DNA of 64,000 nt from Octopus sinensis (taxonomy: Eukaryota). A program made the position numbers and the translations under genes. Every line of letters begins with the position of its first letter. Within the stretch, counting starts at the first letter, position 1. The notes beneath the pieces were generated by a model that worked only from the letters and a program-made list of their open reading frames with translations, was not told the origin of the DNA and searched no databases. Location of the stretch: positions 97,898,001-97,962,000 of the forward strand of contig NC_043004.1 in assembly GCF_006345805.1 (NCBI RefSeq), written 5' to 3'. Shown here in pieces: positions 37,225 through 49,985 of the stretch.

Positions 37225-38840
37225 TTTATTATTTGTTACTGTGATAGAGAAAAAGGGGAAGAAAGACAAAAATAAAAATAAAAAATAAAAAGAGTAAACA
37301 AAGAAAATAAAACAGAAAAAGGGAAAGAAAATTCACAGTGATTGCTCTTCTCGATATGTGTGACGCACCAGTTAAGAAAATCTTTTGCACTTCCTGTATG
37401 GATGGTAAGCCAGGGATCTTTCTTAAATAATTTCCATTTCCTCTTTTGATCATTCCAAGTGCTCCTATAACCACTGGTATTGTAACCGCCTTGAGATGCC
37501 CCATCTTTTCGATTTTGATGACAAATCATTATATATGTTCTGAGCCTATCAAATTCTTTGTCCGAGATATTATGGTCACAGGGTATATTCATATCAATCA
37601 ATAAACAGATTTTATTGCTTTTGTCTTTCACAACAATATCTAGTTTATTTGCTTTAATGGCCTGTACATACTGGTAAGTCCCAAATAATAGTTACATTTT
37701 CTCCCTCAATTACAGCCTCAGGGTGGTGCTTGTAACATTTGTCGGCAGTTTTAATTTTATAACGCCGACACGTTATACTGTGTAGATATTGACCAACTCT
37801 GTCATGTCTTGATTTGTACTCTACAGATGCTAAAACCTTACATCCAGTGATTTAGTGGTCCACTGTTTCTATCCCATCGTTGCAGTATCGGCACTTTGGG
37901 TCAACATCCTTTTTCATCACATCGGCTTGATATTTCCGGGTCGATAAGCTCTGATTTTGGGCAGCCAAGATAAAGCTTTCACTCTCTGCCTTTAACTCTG
38001 AGCTCCGTTGCTGCTGATGGGTGTACTTCTGGTTTACATCAGCTTGTTTGCTACGGGCCACATATTTGCCATGCAGAGGTTTTTGTTCCCACATATCAGC
38101 GAATTTTTCAAACGCATTTTGTTTTGCTATTGATTTCAGCTTCTTTGCAACTACAGTTGCTGCACTTCCATCATGCTGTTCAACTTTGGTGTTATGCATC
38201 AGCTCACTTTAAAATATTTTGCTCTCCTTCATCACAAAATGTAGCTTTTTACGTCTTTCATGGTTTTCAACGAGTTTTAGCATCCAGTCGTTACATGGAT
38301 ATGTTGCCAATTCAATTGTAGTGGTTTTGTAGAAGATTTCAAATTGGATCAAGCCTGGACCTCCTTGAGCTCTAGGTAGGTAAATACGATCTGCGTTTGC
38401 CTTTGGGTGGAGCATCTTATTGGAAGTCAGCAGCTTACGGATTTTCTGTCAATCTTCCTCTTTTCGCTCATATTCCAGTTTAACACATTGAAACTGTAAA
38501 TAACAACCCGAACTACTAAGGAATTTATAGCTCACACCTTGTTAGGTGTATTTAACTAGGATTTCAGGACTTCTTGAACTCTCCTGTAACACTCCTTCCT
38601 GATCTTCTCTTTCATACTTGCATGCTGAATGCCAGAGCCCTCATTTATTCCGAGGTATTTGTGAGTTTGTTCCTGCTCGAGTTCTTTTATGACTGTGTCA
38701 ACATCCAACTCCATTGAATGTGAGGTCTTCAGTTTCCCTTTCTGGAAAGTGGCCTTGGCACATCTATCAAACCAAACTCCATCCCAGTGTTATCACCGAA
38801 TGGCTCATTATCGTCTGTGTCATAGAGTTTTAAGAGAGCT
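37225..38840 (-). mobile_element. R4/Dong-like LINE, 5'-truncated within RT, degenerate
   Basis: GMEFG..RCAKATF, HKYLG, DRIYLPRAQGGPGL, PLHGKY, KCRYCNDGIETVDH (CCHC), CLLIDMNIP...KEFDRL (restriction-like endonuclease) and IPVVIGALG motifs appear in the expected order. Confidence 0.9.
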
Positions 38841-38849
38841 TGGTGTCAC

Positions 38850-39148
38850 CTTGTCTATATCGAGAACCACAAAACCAGCTTTACTATAGGCTCTAATCTC
38901 ACCTTTCTCTGCGAGAATACCTCTGCCAATATTTCGAAAATTTGCCGAAGATTCTTTGCAGTCACTTAAAGCAACATCTTTATCTAAATCGTCGTCATCA
39001 TTTGCTGGATGAAGTACCAGTTGAAGCTTATCAGCATCATTAATTTCCTCAATAAAAAGTTCAGCACCATCACCAGATTCGATTATATTTAGGATTTCTT
39101 TCAGTGTCTCTTTCACCTTCAAGTCTTCTCTTAGACATATTTTACGAT
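38850..39148 (-). pseudogene. piggyBac transposase N-terminal fragment
   Basis: ETLKEILNIIESGD...LVLHPANDDDDLDKDVALSDCKESSANFRNIGRGIL resembles the L.EI..L.E..D / V..P / SD.E / NN(L) pattern of PGBD3-type N-termini (recalled, not searched). The nearest ATG (39138) is out of frame by 1. Confidence 0.6.
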
Positions 39149-39790
39149 CTAGAAATAAGTATTAGATATATATATTTCCCTTGCACTTATGCAAACATTA
39201 GTTTGCTAGTAAATAGGCTATATTTTAATGAAGAAAATAAATAATAGATATAGAAATTTTAAGATTCAAGAGCAAAATATTTTGGTTTACAACTGTTTTA
39301 AAGTTGTTTGGTTTATTGTTAACAGAATGAACGATTGTATGTCCAAACCTGATGAACTTCATTTTAAATGAAATGCATACGCGAATTCTCAGCGTGTGTT
39401 TTATCATATGCGCATATAGAAACGTTAATAAATCGAAACTTTATTTACGTAGATTACTAAGACATGTTTGGTTTGCAAAAGTAATGCATACTTATTAAAA
39501 AATACAAAAGCAAAATGAAATATTACAAAACATTTAAAGCATACAAAAAAAAAGTTACTACGACTAGCATGTCTTCCTCACTTCAGAATTCGACACTGGA
39601 AGAAATGAGTCTAGCACAATATATAAATGATCAAAGTATGACTTTGATGCCAAATATTACTAGACAAATTATTATTCTTTGTCTTCAGAAAGGTTTTTGA
39701 TGCCTAAATTTATGAAATTATTTTATATGAATATTTCCGTCTGAAACAAAAAAAAAGCGTATGATAACTCATACACTGGGCATTAATGGG
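38850..39790 (-). mobile_element. piggyBac DNA transposon, 5' half (PGBD3/MER85-like terminus), truncated by the R4-like LINE
   Basis: TTAA at 39791-39794, then CCCATTAATGCCC (13 nt), AGT and the 16-nt palindrome GTATGAGTTATCATAC; an acidic transposase-like N-terminus follows. Confidence 0.75.
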
Positions 39791-40936
39791 TTAAATGTTT
39801 AAGTGATAAATTTCCCTAGGTTAGAATACTTATGGAGTTCAGGTAATGAAGTATTCCCAGATCATCTTGTTCACAACTGAGTGAACTGAAGCAATTAATG
39901 ATAAATTGATCCTTATGCTACAACTATCAGGAACATATTAAGCTATCTATAGTAAATTTGATCTTTAGCTTTTGTATGGAGCAAACAAGAAACTAATATG
40001 GAGTTGTAGTTATGCCATGAATAATAATATATATTATTCAGTGATTAAGAAACTAATTACTTCTCAAAGAAAATGCTTCTTCTACATTCCTCTTTGGTAA
40101 ATATAATTTTGGCTAGAAGAACTAATGTTATAAGATATTGCCCAATAATCATTGGGCGTTTTGACCCTGAACAAGAACAGCCTCCCATTGGTCAGTCAGC
40201 AGGGATGGCCAAGTTACTGCCCATCTTCTCCTGTGCTATACTGTCCTAATTAGCAATATGTAGTCTTCAATGTACTTGCTGAAATAGAGATGAATTAATT
40301 TAATTTTGAAATTAAATAAATTCAGAATACCCCTGAAAAAAAAACAATAAAATTAAATTCTTGATGAAATTCATAATGCTTAGATCATTGAGAAAAGTAA
40401 TTATAAATAATTACCATGTAAGGCAAAAGGACATTAAACACTGCCTAAAGCTATTCTCAGGTTCTGAGACACTCAATTACACATCATTAGTAAAATATAA
40501 CAGTTAGAGTACTTAGTAGAGCAGTTAATAAGTAAAATATACAATTTTGTATATTGGCAGTTGTAGGAAAGCAGAATTCTTCAGAGAATAAATAATTCAC
40601 AAGCACAAATAGTTTTGGTCACTTCACCTTTACAAAAAGTTACTGTAATATTGGAATAACATATCAAAAGGCCAATAGTTTGTATTCCATCTCTGGTATT
40701 GTATTGTGTCAGCTCCCAATGGCTTAGTCAAACAAGCTGTACGTAGGTTCACAGGGTGATATATGATAGTTCATTGTTGTAAGCAGCCACACAGTAAAAT
40801 TGATAAGTATTTCACATGGATTTCATGTGTAGGAGGAAAGTTTTTGACAGACTGGCATCTCATCCAGTATAAAGTTTCTATCTCATGTTCTGAACTCAGT
40901 AAAGTACCAATCAGTTACTGAAGACAATTTCATTTC

Positions 40937-40993
40937 TCACTTTGAATTACTTACATAAACAGGTCACTTTGAATTACTTACATAAACAGGTCA
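40937..40993. repeat. 27-bp perfect tandem duplication
   Basis: TCACTTTGAATTACTTACATAAACAGG twice, then TCA. Confidence 0.95.
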
Positions 40994-42118
40994 AAAAAGA
41001 GCATTTTTATCATGGCTCCACAAATCCATCTACTATGATTATGCAAACTTAACCAGAAAGGCAGAAACCGGAGATAGCCTTCAGTATTAAGGATTCTAGT
41101 TTCAAAAATGATTAGTAAATAAATATTATATCTGTATCACCTTAAGTAAGAACCTTCACTTTACTCCTGAATATTTAGTACTGCAGAGATGCTTGCAGAT
41201 TATTCTTTTATTTATATTTTTTATTAAAGACTTTTCTTTCTCCTTAGGCAAGCTACTTCATTCTTCTTATTTGCTAAGCAACAGACTTGGAATCTTTGGC
41301 TATCCTAATTCTGTTATGTTCATAAACAACCATTACCCGATTTATCATAGAGCAGTGCTTGACGTTAAATGAATTTAACTCACTTATATCATTCTGCTCT
41401 CCTCAATAGCTGTTGGGTGATGACAACAGTTAAGTTACTTGCTTCATTGGATTGATTCCAGGGCACATCTGCATGACACTTCACTCTGATTCTGTCAGTA
41501 GATGTACGTTTTCAATGTAAGATTTATCATCCTTTATTGGTTCTCTGATAGATTTATGAATATATTCAGAAATTTGTGTGTTTAGGTAATGCACTATCTT
41601 CAACACATCTCATAAGCTATTCATTTAGGAAGGTAGATTTATGACTTAAAGGTTTGTGCGCTTATATACTTCTAGGGAGATTGCTTTATTATTTTTTTAA
41701 GTGTGGACGAAACATTTTATATAATGGAAAAGAAGAAGAAAACTCTAGTGCCAACTCTTCCCTGCACAGGAACATATTCTATTTTATGCATTTTACAATA
41801 TATTTACCTCAGTATATAGCAAGCCAGAATATTAGAATTCATCAAAAAATGACTAGAAAGCATGCTGTGAATGGGTGACAGATTTTACAGTTTTGGAAAT
41901 ATATGAGATTCAGATGAGAAAAAAATCAATACTTCTCTCACAAATTGCTGATAACCTGTGGGTATTTTGGGTCCAACTTTCTTATGGATGTCTCCCTGTA
42001 TATAAAAGTGATGAATGAAATCTAAGACTCCTGAGGAAGAGAAAATTAACATATCCCATTCGTGCAGCGTGTAAGAGCATGAACTAATTCCTTATTTTAT
42101 TGATATTATTTTTAGTTA

Positions 42119-42348
42119 AGGCGGCGAGCTGGCAGAATCGTTAGCACGCCCGGCGAAATGCTTAGCGGTATTTCGTCTGCCATTGCGTTCTGAGTTCAAA
42201 TTCCGCCGAGGTCGACTTTGTCTTTTATCTTTCGGGATCGATTAAATAAGTACTAGTTACGCAGTGGGGTCGATATAATCGACTTAATTCGTTTGTCTGT
42301 CCTTGTTTGTCCTCTCTGTGTTAGCCCCTTGTGGGTAGTAAAGAAATA
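42119..42348 (+). mobile_element. SINE family B, full length
   Basis: Matches the other B copies. Confidence 0.9.
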
Positions 42349-42481
42349 GGTACTTACGACATAAGATTTTTAGCCCAAGGTCAGAACTGATTAAACAGTT
42401 CTATGTCTGAATATCTTCTGGCAGTGACTAACCTGGTTTTTAAGGGTACATAAGATTACATTATGTAATGTACCGTAATGA

Positions 42482-42662
42482 AGGCGGCAAGTTGGCAGAA
42501 TCGTTAGCACACCAGGAAAAAATACTCAGTGGTATTTCGTCTGTCCTTACGTTCTGAGTTCAAACTCCACCGAGGACGACTTTGCCTTTCAACAATTCGG
42601 GATCGATAAAATAATTACCATCTCAGCACTTGAATACTTGCTGACCTTGTGCCAAAATTTGA
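42482..42662 (+). mobile_element. Older SINE-B variant with CCTTGTGCCAAAATTTGAA tail
   Basis: B head and body with a different 3' end. Confidence 0.7.
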
Positions 42663-42863
42663 AGCTATTATCCAGTGTATCCTTTTATTTAAGATAGTAG
42701 CGTGTGATTTAAAAGCTATTTGGCTACTGTTTCTAGCAGGTTAAGTGACCACCTTTATTGGTTCATTGCTGGTAATAAGGATGAAGTTATATTTGGTAAA
42801 TTCAGTTTGGACCATTTTTAATCAATGTTTGCTTTGTACTGAAATGGATAATAACAATCTTCA

Positions 42864-43024
42864 GGCGTAGAAGTGACTATGTGGTAAGAAAGGTTGTTTC
42901 TCAACCGTATGGTTCCGGGTTAAGTCCCACTGCATGTCAACTTGGGCAAATGTATTCTACTATTGATTCGGGCATACCAAATTCTTGTGAGTTAATTTGG
43001 TAGACGGAAATTGAAAGAAGCCCG

Positions 43025-43057
<33 letters not shown>

Positions 43058-43385
43058 TGTGTGTGTGTGTGTGTGTGTGTGTTGTGTGTGTGTGTATGTG
43101 TGTGTAGATAGATAGATAGATAACTTTCTTGGCCACACAGGGCTGAACACGGAGAGGACAAATAGAAATGTAGAGCTTTTCTTTCCGAAAATGGAAAAGA
43201 AAAAGGGGGCTGGGCAGTAGAATTCCGATCAAAAGGGATCGGGGGGAAAAAAGACGATCAAAGGGGATCATATACCACAGAAGAATTTTTAAAATGTTAA
43301 AAGCAAAATTAGGTTTATCCGTGAAAAGAAAATCCTACGAAAAAGACCATGCTAACCTCAAGCAGAGAGGGAACATGAGACCAAA

Positions 43386-43429
<44 letters not shown>

Positions 43430-43835
43430 CGATTTACAGGATCATGCTCAAAGTGGTTTCGTCACTCGCACGCACCATCTTTGCTACATTCACCCACCTT
43501 CTTTTGAAACTTTCATGAGACAAAACCTGCCTTTCCATTCACACCTTCCTTTCCAAGTGGTATTTGAAAACGTTGACACACATATGCACACAGACACACG
43601 CGCGCATGTATGTGTGCCTTTGTATCTGTTTGTTCCCCACCACTGCTTCACAACCGGTGTTGTTGTGTTTACCTCCCTAATAGTTCGGCAAAATATGACT
43701 AATAGCATAAGTATTGGGTTTAACAAAATATAAGCACTGGAGTTGATTCACTCGACTAAAAAAATGGTGAAGGCATTGCACCAGCATGACCGGGCAGTCT
43801 AATGACTGAAGCAAGTAAAAGTACTAAAGAGTAAA
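42864..43835 (+). mobile_element. Diverged SINE-A-like element split by a Tx1 3' fragment
   Basis: Head at 42864-43105 and 3' half at about 43590-43835. Confidence 0.65.
43122..43516 (-). mobile_element. Tx1-like LINE extreme 3' fragment (ORF2 end and 3' UTR)
   Basis: Reverse complement matches 29000-29444, e.g. GGGTGAATGTAGCAAAGATGG and AGCCCTGTGTGGC. Confidence 0.8.
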
Positions 43836-43924
43836 ATATATATTCCTGGTGTGTTAAAGAGTTTTGTTTTAATACTAAAAAAAAAGTCAAAATGTAAAGA
43901 GCTCAGTAAGCATTGTGTTCCTTG

Positions 43925-44530
43925 TATTCTAGGCACAAGGCCCGAAATTCGGGGGGAGAAGGCAAGTCGATTATATCGACCCCAGCATGCAACTGGTACT
44001 TAATTTATTGACCCCGAAAGGATGAAAGGCAAAATCAAAATCGGTGGAATTTGAACTCAGAACGTAAAATCAAACGAAATATCGTTAAACATTTCGCCCG
44101 GCGTGCTAATGTTTCTTATTTCTTTACTGCCCACAAAGGGCTACATTCAGAGGGGACAAACAAGGACAGAAAAACGGATTAAGTCGATTACATCGACCCC
44201 AAAGCGTAACTGGTACTTAATTTATTGACCCCGAATGGATAAAAGGTAAAGTCAACCTCGACGGAATTTGAACTCAGAACGTAACGGCAGACGAAATAAC
44301 TATTTCTTTTACTACCCACAAGGAGCTAAACACAAAGAGGACAAACAAGGACAGACAAACGGATTAAGTCGATTATATCGACCCCAGTGCGTAACTGGTA
44401 CTTATTTAATCGACCCTGAAAGGATGAAAGGCAAAGTCGACCTCGGCGGAATTCGAACTCAGAACGTAGTGATAGGCGAAATACTGCTGAAAATTTCGCC
44501 CGACGTGCTAACGTCTCTGCTTGCTCGCCG
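43925..44530 (-). mobile_element. Head-to-tail array of three SINE-B units
   Basis: Units at about 44301-44530, 44116-44300 and 43925-44115 (the last with the variant tail). Confidence 0.85.
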
Positions 44531-45735
44531 ACTTATCGTAATGTCGTAAATACCACAAAAGAGTCAAAAGACACTAACATGGATGAATTATTACCTGTCA
44601 GAGTATATAGAATGATTAGCTCCCCTGGTGGGTGTTGGTTGCTACAGCACATCTGGTCACAGCTAGTTGTTAAAGCAGCAACTTAGATGGCTGGCCAGGG
44701 GCGAAATTACCGCAATAAATGGATAGTAAAGCTGCCAACATTTATCTGTTGGCGTTGTCTTTAAGATAGATACAATTACCTCCCAACTGTTGGAAAAGAA
44801 TTTAACATTTGAAAGTTATTTAATCTCATCTTTTATTTGTCTGACACAGATATATCTTTGCTTAATAAGCTTAACCATTGAACCAACACCACCAGCAGCC
44901 ATGCGTACACCGGCAGCACAAGCAACAGCAACAGCGACAGCAGCATCACCACAACCATCACCACAACCATCACCACAGTTATCATCGATATCATGAACAC
45001 CACATTCTAATCATCACAACCACTACAACCATGATGACAACTCCCAACTACTACTATTACAACAACAACAATTGGTTAGACAATGGTTTGTCTGCGGAAG
45101 TGAGGTTAACTCTTTAGTTAAATTCTGAAGTGATTTCCATGTATAACGTATTCAGGAAGTGAACTCATATTCAAAGACACCTCATACTCTTTCTTTGACA
45201 CACTGCTAATTTACAATGATATATGGCAGCTTATATTTGCCGGAATTTCTTCTAAGGAAGCTGTCAGCTATAATATAAGCGATTGTGTTGCTGTAAATGT
45301 CCAAAGTTTTGGTGTTAGACTTTGCAAAATTCCTTCTTAATTATTTACTATATGTAATATAGTATTCTAAAACTTGTGTAATATCTGCTTCACAATTTTG
45401 AGGCAGAAAAACCGGAAGATAATTATCAGAAGACACCTAACTGAGCGCAATCTATTCATCTTTAACTAGCGGTGTGGAATGCCATTGTTGTTTACTGTAG
45501 TGTTCAATTAGCACCAACAAAGCTTAAACTCTCTTAAGATTGAACTGCTACAACTTTATCAGCCAGCACCTCGTTATAATGTAATAACATTGATATACAA
45601 AGAAGATCAGCAACATGATATCGCATATGCTAGTTTTCTAGATAAAATTGCCAAACTAACACATGGAAATATATTTCCACATTTATGAATGCAGGATAAA
45701 TCCTTTGAGACCTTCCAGGAAGAACCGACTGTTTG

Positions 45736-45748
45736 TGACCTTTGACCT
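45736..45748 (-). promoter_or_regulatory. Perfect DR1 nuclear-receptor element AGGTCA-A-AGGTCA
   Basis: Plus strand reads TGACCTTTGACCT in non-repeat sequence; function untested. Confidence 0.3.
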
Positions 45749-46903
45749 CTTCGTTCTTACTGTCGAGTAAACTCCCCAAAGCCAAGTAGGAAACCTTGAT
45801 CTTACTATGTACGTGTTTATTAGTTTATTAATTCAATCGAGCAAGTGTCCTTGGAATATCTCATATGAAATAATATTGTACTGATATCTAAGATAAATTA
45901 CCAGGCTGCTTTGACTGTGTAAGAATGTTTCAGGGAGACAGAGAGACACAGCAAGTGCATGTGTTTGTATGAGACAACCAATGCGTGAGTGAGTGATGGA
46001 AGGGCTGTGTGTCATAGAAAGACAGTTTGTGTACATGTATGCATGTTCGCATGTATATATGTACGTATGTATGTAGACAGGTAGATAGGTAGGTACGTCG
46101 GCAGGCAGGAAGACGGGCAGTTATATATGCATTTATGAGTATGTTTATGTATATAGGCATGAATATGTATTTTCCTATGCTATTCCGTTTCCTGCATAAT
46201 TCATGAGGATGATATTCAAGAATTTTTTTCTGAGGTCTGTAGGATCAATTTTTTTTTGTGACACACCTCTAGTTACATGTCTCCGTATACACGGTTCAAA
46301 TTTAACCAAATTTAACTTCATCATCCTTCCAGGGACTGTAAATCATGTTTCGATTAAGTATAAATGCTGATTTGACTCTGATCTTTATTTCAGTCAGGTT
46401 CATATTGACCTAGTATTAATCTTTACTTATGAAATAGTCAAGACATGCAGTCATCTCGTCCTGTTTTTCTATGTCTTATAATGACCTCTGTTCCTCAGAG
46501 CAGGTTAGTCTCATACCTCCTCTACAAAGGTATCACTGATCCACTTTATCATTCACGTTTGACACTCTTGTTGCATTCACCGAGCTCAAAACTAACCACT
46601 ATGCTTACTTCTTCTTTCTGACAATATCAACTCTCTGGAATTTTTTTTATTTACATAATTTCATTTCTGCTGGTGCTGAACGGTAAAAGCTTAAATAGAA
46701 TATTAACAGCATCGATTTCACTTCGATCTCACTGGTCTCGGACTAACTGAAAAAGACAAGCTCAACAAGTAATAATCAATCAAAGAAAGTAACTCCACGC
46801 ACTAGTTTCATCAGTTGACGTAAAGATAGGCACATAAATTCATGTGTTTGTTTATATATGTATTTTGTGTGTACGTGTGTGTGCCATGCACGTTGTGTAT
46901 GAA

Positions 46904-46963
<60 letters not shown>

Positions 46964-48254
46964 CGTGCGTATGTGTGCGTGTGTGCGCGCGCAGACACAC
47001 ACACACCCTAAATTCAACATTTAACTGTCGAAATCCTACCAGGTGTTCACGCGAGGATCAGGCTTCTTAAAGGCTGTCGACTCTAAAGCCACCCCTACCC
47101 AGATACGACAAGCAATAAATTTTGAGAGACGAGACATGCAGCACGTGCACTCCTTAGAATGAAAAGGTAGGAAAACTCCATCTCTTTGTTCCGCTTCATC
47201 TGAAAACTCCAGAATCGAGAAAACGAATTCCCCAACATCATGGAGCATACTTGATAGAAACCTACTTTACACACCTAGATCGCACAATTACCAACACCGC
47301 TTCACCTTACTCATGAGAAACTGCACAGACCTTAACCAGCCTAGAGCATCCACCAATAGCAAAGTGACATAGCTTACTGCTATCACCATAGGTACACTCT
47401 ATTATCGAATATCATGTTACTGACCGCTGAAAACCCGGATGGATATACCATCATGGGCCTAAATTATCCTCACACAATTGCACAGTATATAATTCCCGCT
47501 ATTCATCCGTTATCAGCCATATCGATCCTGGAAGCTCATATGATATCCGACGACCAGCAAATCGCTTGTCTTTCCAGGTGATAATTGTTCTCTGTGTAAC
47601 CTAAAAAATGCTGACTAACTGGCGCCAGGATCTTGTCCATTTTACCACATGCAGTATTCAATGTAAAGTGCTGGTGTCACTACAACATCACATACTGTTG
47701 AATTCACATCAAAATTATCTGCTCCACCACATGTAACTAACAATAAAATTATGGATATCGCAGTGTTAGCAAAAACATGACTTGAACTGATCAAAGAAGT
47801 CCTAAATTCTTTTATCCAGAAACCATTTTAAATTTGTTACAATTCTTGATCAGTCTCTCTCCTTCTCTGCTCCCACTCTCCGAACACTCGGCGATATTGA
47901 TGTATTGTGCACCCAAGAAGCTCTAAGTAATGTGGAAATGAGCCAAGCTCTTATGATATATATATATATAGTGCCAAGGTAATTTTATGTTTGATCACAC
48001 ACTGTGTTATCAAACATTGAACTACAATGTTATAGCTTCACCCACGTTCTGCATACACTTGGGTAATGACCGAGAATTGCTTACTTGTAGAATTATATCA
48101 TACAATTTTGTTCTGTCTAGTTTAGATCCAGCAATCAGCCAATGGCTTTATAAAGATTGTACCATCGATACTTTAATAATGCTCTGCATATAGTTTTCCT
48201 CTGTCAGGTGGCTATAACGAAAGAGCACGTGCTGTTGATAAGGCTTAAAAAATT

Positions 48255-48440
48255 TAAGACAGACGCATTATTTTTAGACTAAGCCTTCATCTGATTGTTC
48301 ATGTTGCACTCAAAAGCTAAATGAACTTGAAGAGAGAAATGCACTACGAATTTGTTGAATGGTGGAAGACTGTGTTAAATATGGCTACAGTGAATGGAAC
48401 TTTTCTGATTATACGCCTGTATATCGGAGGACAAAATTTG
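48255..48440 (+). pseudogene. Heavily decayed CR1/L2-like RT fragment
   Basis: TDALFLD*AF, then TVNGTF/SDYTPV, resembling the DVIYLDFSKAF and VNGSFS..PV..GVPQG motifs. Confidence 0.35.
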
Positions 48441-48744
48441 CGAGAATGCTGTGTGCCCTTAGAAATCAGTGTGATATTAAATCTATGCGACTTCTGTGTG
48501 GTCCTAATTTGGAGGATTCTCCGTATCAAGAGAACTATGTCATCTATGTATTCATATATTTTGTATCTTGCGTACATATTTCATCTAATTTCTTCCTTTT
48601 TTTACGCCCCCAGCTGATTTTATATCAAAATCCAAATATTTTAACCTGACTTTGAAATGGTCATTTCATTTAACAAATGTGTACCAAATAAACTATTGTT
48701 GCTATAAAGGGCTTTAGATTATCAGGGATATTAATATTATTGAT

Positions 48745-48956
48745 TTCAAATTTTGGCACAAGACCAGCAATTTCGGGAGAGGTGATATGTCGATTATATT
48801 GACCTCAGTGTTCAACTGGTACTTACTTTATCGACCGTTAAAGGATGAAGAGCAAAGGCAACCTCGGCGGAATTTGAACTCATAACATAAAGACAGACAA
48901 AATGCTGATAACTATTCTGACCGACGTACAAACGATTCTGCTAACTCACCGCCTTA
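48745..48956 (-). mobile_element. Older SINE-B variant
   Basis: B head and body with the GTCTTGTGCCAAAATTTGAAA tail on the minus strand. Confidence 0.75.
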
Positions 48957-48980
48957 TTAATAACATTAAATTATGCCTGT

Positions 48981-49370
48981 AAGGTGGCGAGCTGGCGGAG
49001 ACGATAGCACGTCGGGCAAAATACTTAGCGGTATTTGGTCTGTCGTTACGTTGTGAGTTCAAATTCCGCCGAAGTCGACTTTGCCTTTCATCCTTTCGGG
49101 GTCGATAAATTAAGTACCAGTTACGCACTGGGGTCGATGTAATCGACTTAATACCTATGTCTGTCCTTGTTTGTCCCCTCTGTGGTTAGCCCCTTGTGGG
49201 TAATAAAGAAATAGGTATTTCGTCTGTCTTTACTTTTGAGTTCAAATTCCGCCGAGGTTGACTTTGCATTTCGGGGTCGATAAATTAAGTACCAGTTACG
49301 TACTGGGGTCGATATAATCGAATGACCCCCTCCCCCAAAATTTCGAGCCTTGTTCCTACAGTAGAAATGA
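48981..49370 (+). mobile_element. Tandem pair of SINE-B units
   Basis: A full B unit (48981-49213) is fused to a head-truncated variant starting GGTATTTCGTCTG. Confidence 0.85.
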
Positions 49371-49797
49371 CTATATTATTCCTGTTCATGTTTTGTATTC
49401 AAATTCTGTAGATGCAAAGATTTTTTTTTTCCGTTTTGTCATATATTTGTTAAGGCATACAAAAGTACTCGTGAAAAATTAGGACGAATGTACTTGACCA
49501 TATTTATCTTCATAAACATCATAAACGTCAAAATTTTTACGCCAGAAAAAAAAATTGAGGAGTGGGATCAGTCGATCACATCGATTGAACTACTTGACAG
49601 TTACATTGTTTTTCTGTCGTTAGAACGATGAAAGGTAATGGGGAAACTGGTGAAATGTAAACACAGAAAGTGCTGGACAGGGTGTAAAAAAAAAAAAAAA
49701 TTAAATAAATAACCCTAGTGCAAAGGATTCTGACGGATGTTTTATTTATTCAGCTTGTTCCTTGTTTTACCTTTTTCTAATATTGGGAGACAGCAAA

Positions 49798-49985
49798 GAC
49801 GACAAGTTGGTCGAATCGTAAGCGGAATTTTATCCGTCGTTATGTTGAGTTCAAATCCTGCCGTGGTCAACTTTGCCTTTCATCCTTTCGGTGTCGATAA
49901 AATAAATACCTCTTGACTACTAGATCGAAGTAATCGACTAATCTCCTTCGCCCGGAACTTGCTGGCCCTGTGCCAAAACTTTGGA
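49798..49985 (+). mobile_element. Degenerate SINE-B variant
   Basis: GAGTTCAAATCC B box, GCCTTTCATCCTTTCGG body and GCCCTGTGCCAAAA tail. Confidence 0.65.

Noticed and set aside
40600-40910. Minus-strand frame of about 90 codons with one stop
   Set aside because: No motif recognised; cannot be separated from random sequence.
44603-44617. CTCF-like CCACCAGGGGAGC on the minus strand
   Set aside because: Matches only the first 10 positions; the GGC core needs an indel.
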